Below are positions 1-9,320 of a stretch of DNA of 64,000 nt, piece by piece. Source of the DNA: a virus (lineage: Duplodnaviria > Caudoviricetes). How positions within the stretch are numbered: position 1 is the first letter of the stretch; each line of letters opens with the position of its first letter. The position numbers and the translations under genes are program-made. Below the pieces are notes generated by a model. The model did not search any database, was not told the DNA's origin, and worked only from the letters and a program-made list of their open reading frames with translations. Location of the stretch: positions 12,798 to 76,797 of IMG/VR virus record IMGVR_UViG_2700988807_000001; one strand, given 5' to 3'.

Positions 1-2
1 TC

Positions 3-1241
3 CGAACCGCGATCACTCGTGCAAGAGGACCGCTGTTCGAATTCCTTACCGAGGGTTCTATGCAGAACACCACGGGTAATAGGTTTGCTAGGCAAAAGTT
101 GGCTTCCACCAAGAAGGGTATCGAGAACTTCTTGACGGGCTCCATGCTAGAAGTTCGCCCGATGTCCATCAACAAGCTGCAGGGTCTTCGACCCAAGGTC
201 TCGACGGTGGACGAATGGTTGTCCGGCGACATCCGAGAGGACGTCATCGGCGCCATCGAACAGGGCGCGTCCAAGCTTGACGACTACTTGATCGTTGCCG
301 TCAGCTCGGAGGGAACTGTTCGAAACGGGTCGGGCGACACTATCAAAATGGAACTTGCAGACATCCTCAAGGGGGAGTACTCTGCGCCGCACGTCTCCAT
401 CTGGCATTACAAGTTGGACAATCTCGAAGAGGTTGGTCGACCTGAGATGTGGTTGAAGGCGAACCCCAACCTCGGTAAGACCGTAACTTACGAAACTTAC
501 CAGTTGGATGTAGAACGAGCTGAGAAAGCGCCTGCATCTCGAAACGATATCTTGGCTAAGCGATTCGGAATCCCTATGGAGGGGTACACCTACTTCTTCA
601 CTTATGAAGAGACGATTCCTCATCGTCGTCAAAGCTTCTGGCGTCAGCCTTGTGCTCTCGGCGCTGACCTTTCGCAGGGCGATGATTTCTGTGCGTTCAC
701 GTTCTTCTTCCCTCTTCGAAACGGGAAGTTCGGAATCAAGACTCGCAGCTACATCACCGAACTAACGTTGATGAAGTTGCCTGGCGCACTCCGACACAAG
801 TACGACGAATTCGTTGCCGAAGGCAGCTTGCACGTAATGCCCGGCACCATCTTGGAGATGATGGACGTCTACGACGATCTGGATAATCACATCCAAGACT
901 GCGAGTACGACGTTCGAGCTTTCGGATTCGACCCGTACAACGCTAAAGAGTTCGTTGCTCGCTGGGAAGCTGAGAACGGACCGTTTGGTATCGAGAAGGT
1001 CATTCAGGGTTCCAAGACCGAATCGGTTCCTCTGGGTGAGCTCAAAATTCTAAGTGAAGAGCGTTGTCTGATCTTCGACGAAAGCCTGATGTCGTTCACG
1101 ATGGGTAACGCCATCACTCTGGAAGACACGAATGGTAACCGCAAGCTTCTCAAGAAGCGACAGGAAGAGAAGATCGATAACGTCGCAGCCATGATGGATG
1201 CCTACATCGCCTACAAGGCGAACAAGGAAGCGTTCATCTAA
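3..1241 (+). CDS. terL: Terminase large subunit (5' truncated by window)
   Basis: Frame is open from base 3. Walker B-like STVDEW, nuclease-domain LGADLSQGDDF, FDPYNA and KIDNVAAMMDA; lies upstream of the portal. Confidence 0.9.
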   Translation, partial: RTAITRARGPLFEFLTEGSMQNTTGNRFARQKLASTKKGIENFLTGSMLEVRPMSINKLQGLRPKVSTVDEWLSGDIREDVIGAIEQGASKLDDYLIVAVSSEGTVRNGSGDTIKMELADILKGEYSAPHVSIWHYKLDNLEEVGRPEMWLKANPNLGKTVTYETYQLDVERAEKAPASRNDILAKRFGIPMEGYTYFFTYEETIPHRRQSFWRQPCALGADLSQGDDFCAFTFFFPLRNGKFGIKTRSYITELTLMKLPGALRHKYDEFVAEGSLHVMPGTILEMMDVYDDLDNHIQDCEYDVRAFGFDPYNAKEFVARWEAENGPFGIEKVIQGSKTESVPLGELKILSEERCLIFDESLMSFTMGNAITLEDTNGNRKLLKKRQEEKIDNVAAMMDAYIAYKANKEAFI

Positions 1242-1260
1242 TCGAGAAAGGTGCTCTACA

Positions 1261-1401
1261 GTGAGCGATCTTAGTTATTCCGCCGTGAAGAGAAGTCCCG
1301 AAAAGCATCTCTTTGCTTTCGCTCTCTCGAGCCTTCCGAATCCAGACGACGCTGTGATTGACGGCGACAACACCGAAGGGGAAATCGATGGCAACGTTTG
1401 A
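1261..1401 (+). CDS. Small hypothetical protein
   Basis: GTG start after GAAAGG; fills the gap after terL. Confidence 0.4.
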   Translation: MSDLSYSAVKRSPEKHLFAFALSSLPNPDDAVIDGDNTEGEIDGNV

Positions 1402-1777
1402 TACCGAAGATTTTCTCGCCCACTACGGCGTTAAGGGAATGAAGTGGGGTGTAACTCGCGCCGCCCCGGAAGTTCGAGTTGCTCGAAAGGCTGCTCGAAA
1501 GCAAGCTCGTCGGGATCTCGACACAGTAATGGCTGTGAACGAGATCAAGCGTAGAGAAGCGGCCTCTACTATGACGTCTGGTAAGAAGTTTCTTTCCGAC
1601 ATGGGTGCCGTCGGTAGTGCTTACACCGGGACGAGCATTAGCCGTGCAGCGGGTTACAGCAGAGGGCAAGCTAAAGTTATCTCGATTCTAGGCGGCGGAC
1701 CTCTTTACGGACCTCTTACCGCCGGCGTTGCTGCGGAGCTCAAGATTCGCAAGGACGTCCGCTCCAGCATTCGATGA
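1388..1777 (+). CDS. HYGVKGMKWG-motif protein 1 (putative virion internal protein)
   Basis: N-terminal EDFLAHYGVKGMKWGV; basic and Gly/Ala-rich. Confidence 0.8.
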   Translation: MATFDTEDFLAHYGVKGMKWGVTRAAPEVRVARKAARKQARRDLDTVMAVNEIKRREAASTMTSGKKFLSDMGAVGSAYTGTSISRAAGYSRGQAKVISILGGGPLYGPLTAGVAAELKIRKDVRSSIR

Positions 1778-1791
1778 GGGGTGGGTGAATC

Positions 1792-2457
1792 ATGAGCTCA
1801 GACGTTGATTCCTTCCTTGCCCACTACGGTGTCAAGGGGATGAAGTGGGGTGTTCGTAAGAAAAGTTCTGGTGAATCTTCTGGAGGATCTTCTGAAGAGC
1901 ATCCCGTTCGGGACCATAACGGTAAACTTTCGCTGAAGAACCCTAAAGTTCGACGTGCTGCCGTTGTTGGTGCTTCTGTCGTTGCTATTGGCGCTGCAGC
2001 TTTTGTTGCTTCTCGATACATGGATAAACCAGTCGATACACAAAGCATCAAAAAAGGTGCCGAAAAGGTTGCCGATATTCTGCAGCAACCGACCGACATA
2101 ATCTACATGTCTAAGCCACATAAAGGTTCAGGATCCAGAACTACTCTAGGGTTTGTTTCTGAAGGACAAACCAAAGACTACTTCAAAATCTTCGATGACG
2201 CAGGTCTAAACTCTGATGGGTTTAAGCCGGGCGATTTCAAAAAGTTGAGTAACGGAAACGTTGCCACCTACATCGCGGACATGATGGGTCGAGTTGATAG
2301 TGCTGGACGAAAGGTTCCGCATGTTGTTTTGATTCCAGCCGACAAAGCAGTTGGTTTGAACAGCATGGAGGACGTGGTCAAGAAGTATGGGCCAGAGCTA
2401 GAGCGTAGGTATCAGACCTACTTGGAGGAACGCCGAAAGACGACGCCGGAAGTGTAG
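1792..2457 (+). CDS. HYGVKGMKWG-motif protein 2 with hydrophobic helix
   Basis: DSFLAHYGVKGMKWG, then AAVVGASVVAIGAAAFVA. Confidence 0.8.
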   Translation: MSSDVDSFLAHYGVKGMKWGVRKKSSGESSGGSSEEHPVRDHNGKLSLKNPKVRRAAVVGASVVAIGAAAFVASRYMDKPVDTQSIKKGAEKVADILQQPTDIIYMSKPHKGSGSRTTLGFVSEGQTKDYFKIFDDAGLNSDGFKPGDFKKLSNGNVATYIADMMGRVDSAGRKVPHVVLIPADKAVGLNSMEDVVKKYGPELERRYQTYLEERRKTTPEV

Positions 2458-2473
2458 GGAGGTGATTGATACC

Positions 2474-3307
2474 ATGTCTGATATTGATTCCTTCCTCGCC
2501 CACTACGGCGTCAAAGGAATGAAGTGGGGTGTCACAAAAGACCAGCATCGCGAGTACAAAGAAGTTGCTTCTCGTGACACCACAAACATGGTCAAACGAG
2601 CCGGCTCAACGGTTCAGATGACTCGCTACTTCTCTCAGGGCGGCACTCTGAAGAAGCAGCAGAAGTATACGCAGGATTGGTACGACAAGCTCGAAGGCGG
2701 AAAGGAGTTCATCGAAAAGGGTGCTTCTCTAAACCGCGTCGTTCGAGGTGTCGACGACAGAGCCCTTGCCGGTCGCTTGTATGTTTCCAAACTGAAGAGC
2801 GACAACGAGATGTACAAAGCTGTCATTCCTGCCGTTCAGAAGAAATTCGCTTTCGGTCAAAAGCAATACCACTCGGTGTATCAGGTGGAGCTCGAAACCA
2901 AGAAGCGATTGGCGATGCCTTCTCAGAAAGAACGCGTCGACGCCTTCATCGAAACCATTCAGACGCCTACCGGGCGAGAATGGATGAAGAAGAATGGCTA
3001 CAAGCGCGAGATCGATGAGCTCAACGCCAAGGAGATGGGCCTCAAGGCGTACAAGAAGTTCAATAAGTATGCTGGCGACCAGGGCTCCAAGATGAATGAC
3101 GCTTACTTCAACAAACTGAAGTCTCGCGGCTATGATGCTCTCATCGACGACAACGATGCGGGCATTTGGAGTAAGAAGCCGATGATTCTGCTGTCTCCGA
3201 GCAGCACAGTAAAGGTGAAGAGCGTTAGGCAACTTACTGCTGACGAGATCAACCAGGCTCAGCGAAACGTTCTCAAGGACCGTGACTTCAAGGAAAGGCG
3301 GTCGTGA
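2474..3307 (+). CDS. HYGVKGMKWG-motif protein 3 with putative ADP-ribosyltransferase-like domain
   Basis: HYG motif; C-domain LNRV..RLYVS..GYDALIDDND..PMILL is shared with the 3304 and 5404 proteins. Confidence 0.75.
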   Translation: MSDIDSFLAHYGVKGMKWGVTKDQHREYKEVASRDTTNMVKRAGSTVQMTRYFSQGGTLKKQQKYTQDWYDKLEGGKEFIEKGASLNRVVRGVDDRALAGRLYVSKLKSDNEMYKAVIPAVQKKFAFGQKQYHSVYQVELETKKRLAMPSQKERVDAFIETIQTPTGREWMKKNGYKREIDELNAKEMGLKAYKKFNKYAGDQGSKMNDAYFNKLKSRGYDALIDDNDAGIWSKKPMILLSPSSTVKVKSVRQLTADEINQAQRNVLKDRDFKERRS

Positions 3308-4350
3308 TGAGTGCAGACACTGACGACTTCCTTGCCCACTACGGTGTCAAGGGAATGAAGTGGGGCGTTATTCGGTCCGATCCTTCTGGCGGGAAGAAAA
3401 CCGGTTCTAGTGTCGACAGAGAATTTTCGGACGAAAGGGTCGCTAAAGCCCTTAGCGATTTTTACAAAACGAAAAGTTCTGAGCAGCTAAACGCCGAAGC
3501 CCAAGTCAAACTTCGCGCACAAGCCGATCGCGTTCATGCTCACAAACCCGAAAGCGATAAGTCTTCCGACACAGACGCTTTTCAGGAAAAACTTGTTCCT
3601 GGCGGTTACACTCGAAACCAAAAGATCGCAATTGGTGTTGGTGCTGCTGTCGCGGTCGGACTTCTCGGCTATACTGCTCACAAAACTGTCTTCGCAAGAC
3701 AAGGGACAGCAAGGGCTCTCGAGTCCGAGTGGTCTGGTTTGTTCGGGACAAAGGCGGACGTTTCCAGAGAACGTGCTGGCGAATTTCACGGCAGCTCTTT
3801 TGGTGGGCTTAAAAACGGAAAAGCTCTAGATCGTCCTGGATTTACGATTCCTAAATCGACAACGTTTCAGCGTCTATCCGGTCATGCTGAAAGTGGCGCT
3901 GATTATTCTTCAGGAACTTATGCGACGTTCTTGTCTAATGACAAAAGAGTTTATGGTCGATCTGAAGAATTCGGTACCAAGAAGTATACGCTTCAGTTTC
4001 AAGCGACAGAAGACATTCGCGTTCCGTCTACTAAGACGGTGCTTGACACTTTACGTAAAAACATGACCGAAAGCAATAAGGGCGTTGTGCCTAGAGACCA
4101 AGACGTCATGTTTTCCTACCACAGCATGTCTGGTGGCGAATGGAAGAGTTCCAATAGTCAACGTTTGATTGAAAGCCTTAAGAAGCAAGGTTACTCAGCG
4201 ATAGTTGACGACATGGATGCCGGCTATCTTGGGGATCTCCCGGTACTTTTCTTTGGGGAAACAAGAAGCGTTAAGGCGAAAAAGCGATCGATGCTTGACT
4301 ACGCTATGGATTATAACGCGGCACTACCTCTACTTCAAACCTATGCGTAA
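3304..4350 (+). CDS. HYGVKGMKWG-motif protein 4, TM helix plus ART-like domain
   Basis: HYG motif; IAIGVGAAVAVGLLGY; FQRL..TYAT..GYSAIVDDMD..PVLFF. Confidence 0.75.
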   Translation: MMSADTDDFLAHYGVKGMKWGVIRSDPSGGKKTGSSVDREFSDERVAKALSDFYKTKSSEQLNAEAQVKLRAQADRVHAHKPESDKSSDTDAFQEKLVPGGYTRNQKIAIGVGAAVAVGLLGYTAHKTVFARQGTARALESEWSGLFGTKADVSRERAGEFHGSSFGGLKNGKALDRPGFTIPKSTTFQRLSGHAESGADYSSGTYATFLSNDKRVYGRSEEFGTKKYTLQFQATEDIRVPSTKTVLDTLRKNMTESNKGVVPRDQDVMFSYHSMSGGEWKSSNSQRLIESLKKQGYSAIVDDMDAGYLGDLPVLFFGETRSVKAKKRSMLDYAMDYNAALPLLQTYA

Positions 4351-4406
4351 GTCTAGGCGGAACAACAAGAGCAGCGCCGGCAGAGATTTCCCCGAGGAGG
4401 TGAAAC

Positions 4407-5402
4407 GTGAGTGATACAAATTCGGATTACGTAGACGACTTCCTAGCCCACTACGGTGTCAAGGGGATGAAGTGGGGTGTCAAGAGATCTGATGCCCAGT
4501 TGGCAAGGGCGTCGGGAGGCCGTCAAAATGGGAGTGATGGCGCATCCGATTCTGCACCTAAGCAGGGGATGAGTCGTAAGAAGAAGATCGCTATCGGTGC
4601 CGGTGTTGTTGGTGGCGTAGCCCTGGTTGCTCTGGGCGCCTATGCCGTCAACAAGCAGATCGATACGAACAAACTTCGAACTCTTGGCGAGATGCGAAAG
4701 CAGGCCGAAGCAAATTTGGCTGGTAAAAAGGCCGCTCAAGCGCAGATCCAAGCCTTCGGTAAGAAGTCTAAGTGGGAGCTTGCGTCGGAACTTCCGGCCA
4801 AACCCAAGAAGTCGCCTATGACTCAGTCCGAGTACAAAGCCCAGGCACAAGCCAAGGTTAAGGCTCGGGCAGACGAGTTGATTGCTAAATCGGGCTCAAA
4901 GCCGATGGGTAAGGCGGCTCGTCGAAAGGCTGCTGAGCAGCAAGCAATTCAGGAACACTTCAACAAGTTTGCCAAGAAGTCTTTCCTGGATCTCGCTACC
5001 GAACTTCCTTCCGCACCGAAGCAACCTAAGTTGTCTCGCAAGGAAGCGAAGAGTCGAACTAACGAGGCGGTTCGAAGGGCTACTGAAACTCAGCAGATCA
5101 ACAGTAGGTTGAATGCTGTCCGAGGAATCCTTGACAAGTCGGGTTCTACTCCGGCTCGAAAGGCTGGCTCTTCGTACACTTCTCGCGATCGAAAGAACGA
5201 CACCAAGCTTTACGGTACCGAGGGCGCTGCTCGAATTCAGAAGCGAATCTCTAAGGGAACGCTCCTTTCCGAGGCACGACGCAAGGAAGCTACTCGACAG
5301 TATGGCGTGAAAGCCGCTCGAGTTGGAATGAACATCGGGTCGGCTGGACGTCGAGAGTCGAAAGACTACGAGCGTCTGAGGAAGCAAGCTGGAAGGGGCT
5401 AG
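4407..5402 (+). CDS. HYGVKGMKWG-motif protein 5, TM helix plus Lys/Ala/Arg-rich region
   Basis: HYG motif, hydrophobic helix, and internal repeat FGKKSKWELASELP / FAKKSFLDLATELP. Confidence 0.8.
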   Translation: MSDTNSDYVDDFLAHYGVKGMKWGVKRSDAQLARASGGRQNGSDGASDSAPKQGMSRKKKIAIGAGVVGGVALVALGAYAVNKQIDTNKLRTLGEMRKQAEANLAGKKAAQAQIQAFGKKSKWELASELPAKPKKSPMTQSEYKAQAQAKVKARADELIAKSGSKPMGKAARRKAAEQQAIQEHFNKFAKKSFLDLATELPSAPKQPKLSRKEAKSRTNEAVRRATETQQINSRLNAVRGILDKSGSTPARKAGSSYTSRDRKNDTKLYGTEGAARIQKRISKGTLLSEARRKEATRQYGVKAARVGMNIGSAGRRESKDYERLRKQAGRG

Positions 5403-5403
5403 G

Positions 5404-6486
5404 GTGACTGCGGTTGTGGAGATCGATGACTTCCTAGCCCACTACGGTGTCAAGGGAATGAAGTGGGGCGTTATTCGGGATCGAGATTCTGGATCCAGAT
5501 CTTCTGGTTCAGGAACTTCTGGGCCCGTTAGAACAAGACAAAGCACGGCCCTCGAAGCGAAGTATATTCAGAAGGGACACGACCTCGAAACCGCTCAGCA
5601 AAAGGCGGCTAAGCGAGCGAAAGTTCAAAAGGTTCTTCTAGTCGCCGGTGCAGTAACTCTCGCCGGCACAGCAGCTTATGTGGGACATAAAGAATACGGC
5701 AAACGATTCACGAACGTTGTTCTTGAAAAAGGCGCCGATCTAAAGTACATCAACGCTTTGGGTCCTCAGGCGGATTACAATCGTCGTTTGTATACCACAT
5801 TCAACGAGGGCGATACCAAAAAGTATCGTGGTATGTTGGCCAAGCAGCTTCAGAAGAATGGATTGAGTAGTAAAACCATTTATGAAACGACGCTTCGTGC
5901 GACAGAAACTATTAAGGCTCCTTCGCACCGAGAAGCCGAAAAGATTTACAAGGATCTGATCAAGCGGAAAGACATCTACCCCAAGGAATACGGGCGGATG
6001 CTCTCTTATAAAGAATTCAACGCCGGCCTGATTCGCAGTAGCGCGGACGGCAAGGAATTCTACAACGCTCTCAAGAAGAAGGGCTTCAATGCCGTTCTAG
6101 ACTCGAATGATCAGTTCGTTTCTGGTTACAACACGAAGAAGCCGTTGATTCTGTTCAACGCAGCTTCGAGCACAGTGAAGACTGGCGAAAAGATCGTCGA
6201 ACAGAAGACTATCGATGGGTTGTATGCTCGACAGGTCGCTGGGGTTATGGCCAGACAGTTTGCTCCAGTGGCAGCTGTTGGTGCGGCAGCCGTTGGCGCA
6301 CATAAGTACATTGAATCAAAGAACAAGTATGCTGTCGTGAACAAGTATTTGGATGAGCATCCGAATTCGAAGCGGTCCCCCGCAGAGATCTATGCGAGCC
6401 TTCAAGTGCAGCCGAACGGTCTGTATGAGGTTCCCGATCTTACCGCCGTCAGCAAGCCTCCTAAGAAGGGTGGTTCCAAGAAGTGA
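5404..6486 (+). CDS. HYGVKGMKWG-motif protein 6, TM helix plus ART-like domain
   Basis: HYG motif; VLLVAGAVTLAGTAAYVG; RLYTT..GFNAVLDSND..PLILF. Confidence 0.75.
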   Translation: MTAVVEIDDFLAHYGVKGMKWGVIRDRDSGSRSSGSGTSGPVRTRQSTALEAKYIQKGHDLETAQQKAAKRAKVQKVLLVAGAVTLAGTAAYVGHKEYGKRFTNVVLEKGADLKYINALGPQADYNRRLYTTFNEGDTKKYRGMLAKQLQKNGLSSKTIYETTLRATETIKAPSHREAEKIYKDLIKRKDIYPKEYGRMLSYKEFNAGLIRSSADGKEFYNALKKKGFNAVLDSNDQFVSGYNTKKPLILFNAASSTVKTGEKIVEQKTIDGLYARQVAGVMARQFAPVAAVGAAAVGAHKYIESKNKYAVVNKYLDEHPNSKRSPAEIYASLQVQPNGLYEVPDLTAVSKPPKKGGSKK

Positions 6487-6599
6487 AGTATCTATTGAAG
6501 GTTCTCGACTTCTTGATCGGGAATCGCCTTGATCGACCGGAGCTTCGAGAGCTTCATCGTCAGCACCAGATCAACGCTCGTCAAAATGGGAGTGAATAA
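6483..6599 (+). CDS. Small hypothetical protein (38 aa)
   Basis: GTGA overlap with the upstream stop and TAATG overlap with the downstream start. Confidence 0.45.
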   Translation: MKYLLKVLDFLIGNRLDRPELRELHRQHQINARQNGSE

Positions 6600-7138
6600 T
6601 GGATGATGTTGACGACTTCCTTGCCCACTACGGTGTCAAGGGAATGAAGTGGGGGCAACGTAAGAATAGTCTCCCTGGAGTCTCAGCCAAGACGAATCGC
6701 GATGCTCGAAAAGACGCGGAAGAGTTTGCCCGAGCAAAGATGTTCTACGGGACAGGCGCCGGTAATCGACGGAAGCTCATTAAGAGTACCGTCGAAGCTA
6801 AGTCGAAGGACCCCGCATACAAGTCTGCTTTCGACCATCATCTCGCCAACCAGGACATGGGGAAGCACGCGTCAAAGGCAAAGTCTGAACGTCGTCGTAA
6901 GGATGTCGGTGGAGGTGCGGCCAAGACGGCTCGCGGTGTTCATCGTCAGCTGACTGGCGGATTCGGAAGCGTTTCTTTGGCTTCGGCAGTGCTTGCCGGT
7001 GCCTACGTCGGAGCCCGTAAAACCGGCGTCGATCAAGTCATCATGAACGCTGCAAAGCAAAGACTCGGTGACGTGAAAAGCAAGCAGACCGACAAGAAGA
7101 ACGTCAACGAGTGGATGAAGAAGAACGGTTTCCTCTGA
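6599..7138 (+). CDS. HYGVKGMKWG-motif protein 7
   Basis: DDFLAHYGVKGMKWGQ; basic. Confidence 0.8.
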   Translation: MDDVDDFLAHYGVKGMKWGQRKNSLPGVSAKTNRDARKDAEEFARAKMFYGTGAGNRRKLIKSTVEAKSKDPAYKSAFDHHLANQDMGKHASKAKSERRRKDVGGGAAKTARGVHRQLTGGFGSVSLASAVLAGAYVGARKTGVDQVIMNAAKQRLGDVKSKQTDKKNVNEWMKKNGFL

Positions 7139-7179
7139 TCCCCAACGTAGACACGCCAACTGGAGAAAGGAGGTGACTT

Positions 7180-8520
7180 ATGGCTAGCGTCTCTAAAAAG
7201 CTGATGCACGCATACAACGTCTTTACATCGGTAGATCATCATGAGACCACTTCGAGTGAGTTTTATGGAATGTCTACCTATGGTGGTCGTCCAGATCGTG
7301 TCAGAGCACCAAACGTAATGGCTGCGCGATCAATCATCTCGTCGATTTACACTCGGCTAGGGATTGACATTGCGTCGGTTCAGCTTCGACACGTTCGACT
7401 GGATGAGCAAGACCGATTCTTGGAGAACATCGACAGTGGTTTGAACAACTGTCTAACTGTCGAGGCAAACATCGATCAGGGTTCACGGGACTTTCGTCAG
7501 GACATCGCTATGACACTCTGCTCCAAGGGGTATCTGGCGATCGTTCCCATCGAAACCACGCTCAACCCGAAGATCTCTGGATCGTATGACATTCAAACCA
7601 TGCGGGTCGGAGAGATTACGGCTTGGTATCCCAGGCACGTTCGTGTCAGTCTCTATAACGAAGCCGTTGGTCGACGCGATGAGATCGTGGTCGAAAAGAG
7701 GCATGTTGCTGTCGTAACAAACCCTCTATATTCGATCATGAACGAGCCGAACTCGACTCTTCAACGTCTCGTCAGGAAATTGAGCCTCCTTGATTCGGTG
7801 GATGAAGCGTCTGCGTCGGGGAAGCTCGACATGATCATCCAGCTTCCATACGTCGTCAAGTCTGATGCTCGAAAGAAGCAGGCAGAACAGCGACGAGCTG
7901 ATCTTCAGGAACAGCTCACCGGAAGCAAGTACGGAATCGCTTACACGGACGGTACTGAGAAGATTACTCAGCTCAACCGTCCTGTCGAAAACAATCTCAT
8001 GGGACAGATCACATATCTCACCGGAGAGCTGTACGCACAGCTTGGTTTGACGGCTGAGGTTATGAATGGTACTGCCGATGAGAAGACGATGCTGAACTAT
8101 TGGAATCGAACCATCGAACCAATGGTCGCTTCCATTACCGAAGAGTTGCATCGTACGTTCTTGACAAAGACTGCTCGATCTCAGAGACAAGCGGTTCGAT
8201 ATTTCCGAGATCCGTTCAAGCTCGTGCCTATCGAGAACATTGCGGAGATCGCAGACAAGTTCACTCGAAACGAGATTCTCACTTCGAATGAGATTCGTCA
8301 GGTGGTCGGCTTCAAGCCGGCTGGCGATCCCAAGGCAGATCAGCTCGTCAACAGCAACATGCCGCAAGCGGTAACTGGTGTTGGTGTTGAAGCTGCTGCT
8401 CCGTCTCCGACCACATCGACCGACCCCAACGAAGAGAAGACCGCTACGTTGGTGAACAGTGGATTGGATTCGTTGAACTCCCAGCTCGATGGCATATTCA
8501 ACGACCTGGGAGGAGAATGA
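7180..8520 (+). CDS. Portal protein
   Basis: 446 aa between terminase and capsid; strong RBS AAAGGAGG; typical C-terminal ILTSNEIRQVVGF. Confidence 0.85.
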   Translation: MASVSKKLMHAYNVFTSVDHHETTSSEFYGMSTYGGRPDRVRAPNVMAARSIISSIYTRLGIDIASVQLRHVRLDEQDRFLENIDSGLNNCLTVEANIDQGSRDFRQDIAMTLCSKGYLAIVPIETTLNPKISGSYDIQTMRVGEITAWYPRHVRVSLYNEAVGRRDEIVVEKRHVAVVTNPLYSIMNEPNSTLQRLVRKLSLLDSVDEASASGKLDMIIQLPYVVKSDARKKQAEQRRADLQEQLTGSKYGIAYTDGTEKITQLNRPVENNLMGQITYLTGELYAQLGLTAEVMNGTADEKTMLNYWNRTIEPMVASITEELHRTFLTKTARSQRQAVRYFRDPFKLVPIENIAEIADKFTRNEILTSNEIRQVVGFKPAGDPKADQLVNSNMPQAVTGVGVEAAAPSPTTSTDPNEEKTATLVNSGLDSLNSQLDGIFNDLGGE

Positions 8521-8521
8521 G

Positions 8522-9172
8522 TTGTCGTCTCGATCCCAGCTCTTCATTGAGGCGGTGTTTGCAGATCGTCGCACTCTGATCCATGAGTACGATCCTGTCA
8601 AAGCTCGTGAGTATTATTTGCGTACTCGAGAGCTCAAGGGTCGTCAGCCAGCCCAGGCCGAAGAGCCTGAGTCGGTTCGTAACGCTCGACAAGCGGCTGC
8701 TGCGGCTGAAGAAGCTAAGCAGAAAGTCGAAGCCGAGCGTAAGTCTCGTCGACAAGAGCTGAAGACCAAACTTGCCGACCTGGAGGCTCGACTCAAAAAG
8801 TTGAACGCCGCCATCAAGCAAGCCAAAGCTGCAGCGATGCGTCGAGCAGGGGTGTCTGAAGAAACCCTGAACCGAATGATCACCCAAGAGGTGAAGAGTC
8901 CTGGTAGTTCCAAAGGCATGAAAGACAAAGCCGAGGACTCGAAAGACTCAAAAGACTCGTCCGACTCTTCCGATGACAAACCGAAAACTGCTGCGCAAAA
9001 ACGAAAAGATGCCAAGGCGGCAAAAGAGCGGTATGAAGAAGAGAAGGACAAGAATCCCGAAGCTGATAATGGCGATGCTGAGCTTCAAGAACTACAGGAC
9101 AAGGTCGATTCGACTGCTGAGCGAATCGAGAAACTTCAAAAGAGAGTTCAAGCCATCGCCAGAATTGGCTGA
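8522..9172 (+). CDS. Coiled-coil head-associated protein
   Basis: TTG start after GGAGGAG; TLIH-EYDPVKAREYYLRTRELKGR followed by charged coiled coil. Confidence 0.7.
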   Translation: MSSRSQLFIEAVFADRRTLIHEYDPVKAREYYLRTRELKGRQPAQAEEPESVRNARQAAAAAEEAKQKVEAERKSRRQELKTKLADLEARLKKLNAAIKQAKAAAMRRAGVSEETLNRMITQEVKSPGSSKGMKDKAEDSKDSKDSSDSSDDKPKTAAQKRKDAKAAKERYEEEKDKNPEADNGDAELQELQDKVDSTAERIEKLQKRVQAIARIG

Positions 9173-9180
9173 AAGGAAAC

Positions 9181-9300
9181 ATGATGGTTCACGTATTTCA
9201 GTTTGATCCCATCAAGCTCGACTTCGTCGCTACTGATGGAAGTCGATTCGACAGTGAACAGGAAGCGAGCCGACATGTCGACAAACTCAACGGCTCTTAG
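9181..9300 (+). CDS. Small hypothetical protein (39 aa)
   Basis: GAAAGGA RBS; fills the gap before the capsid gene. Confidence 0.5.
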   Translation: MMVHVFQFDPIKLDFVATDGSRFDSEQEASRHVDKLNGS

Positions 9301-9320
9301 TAAACGATACAGAAAGGGGG

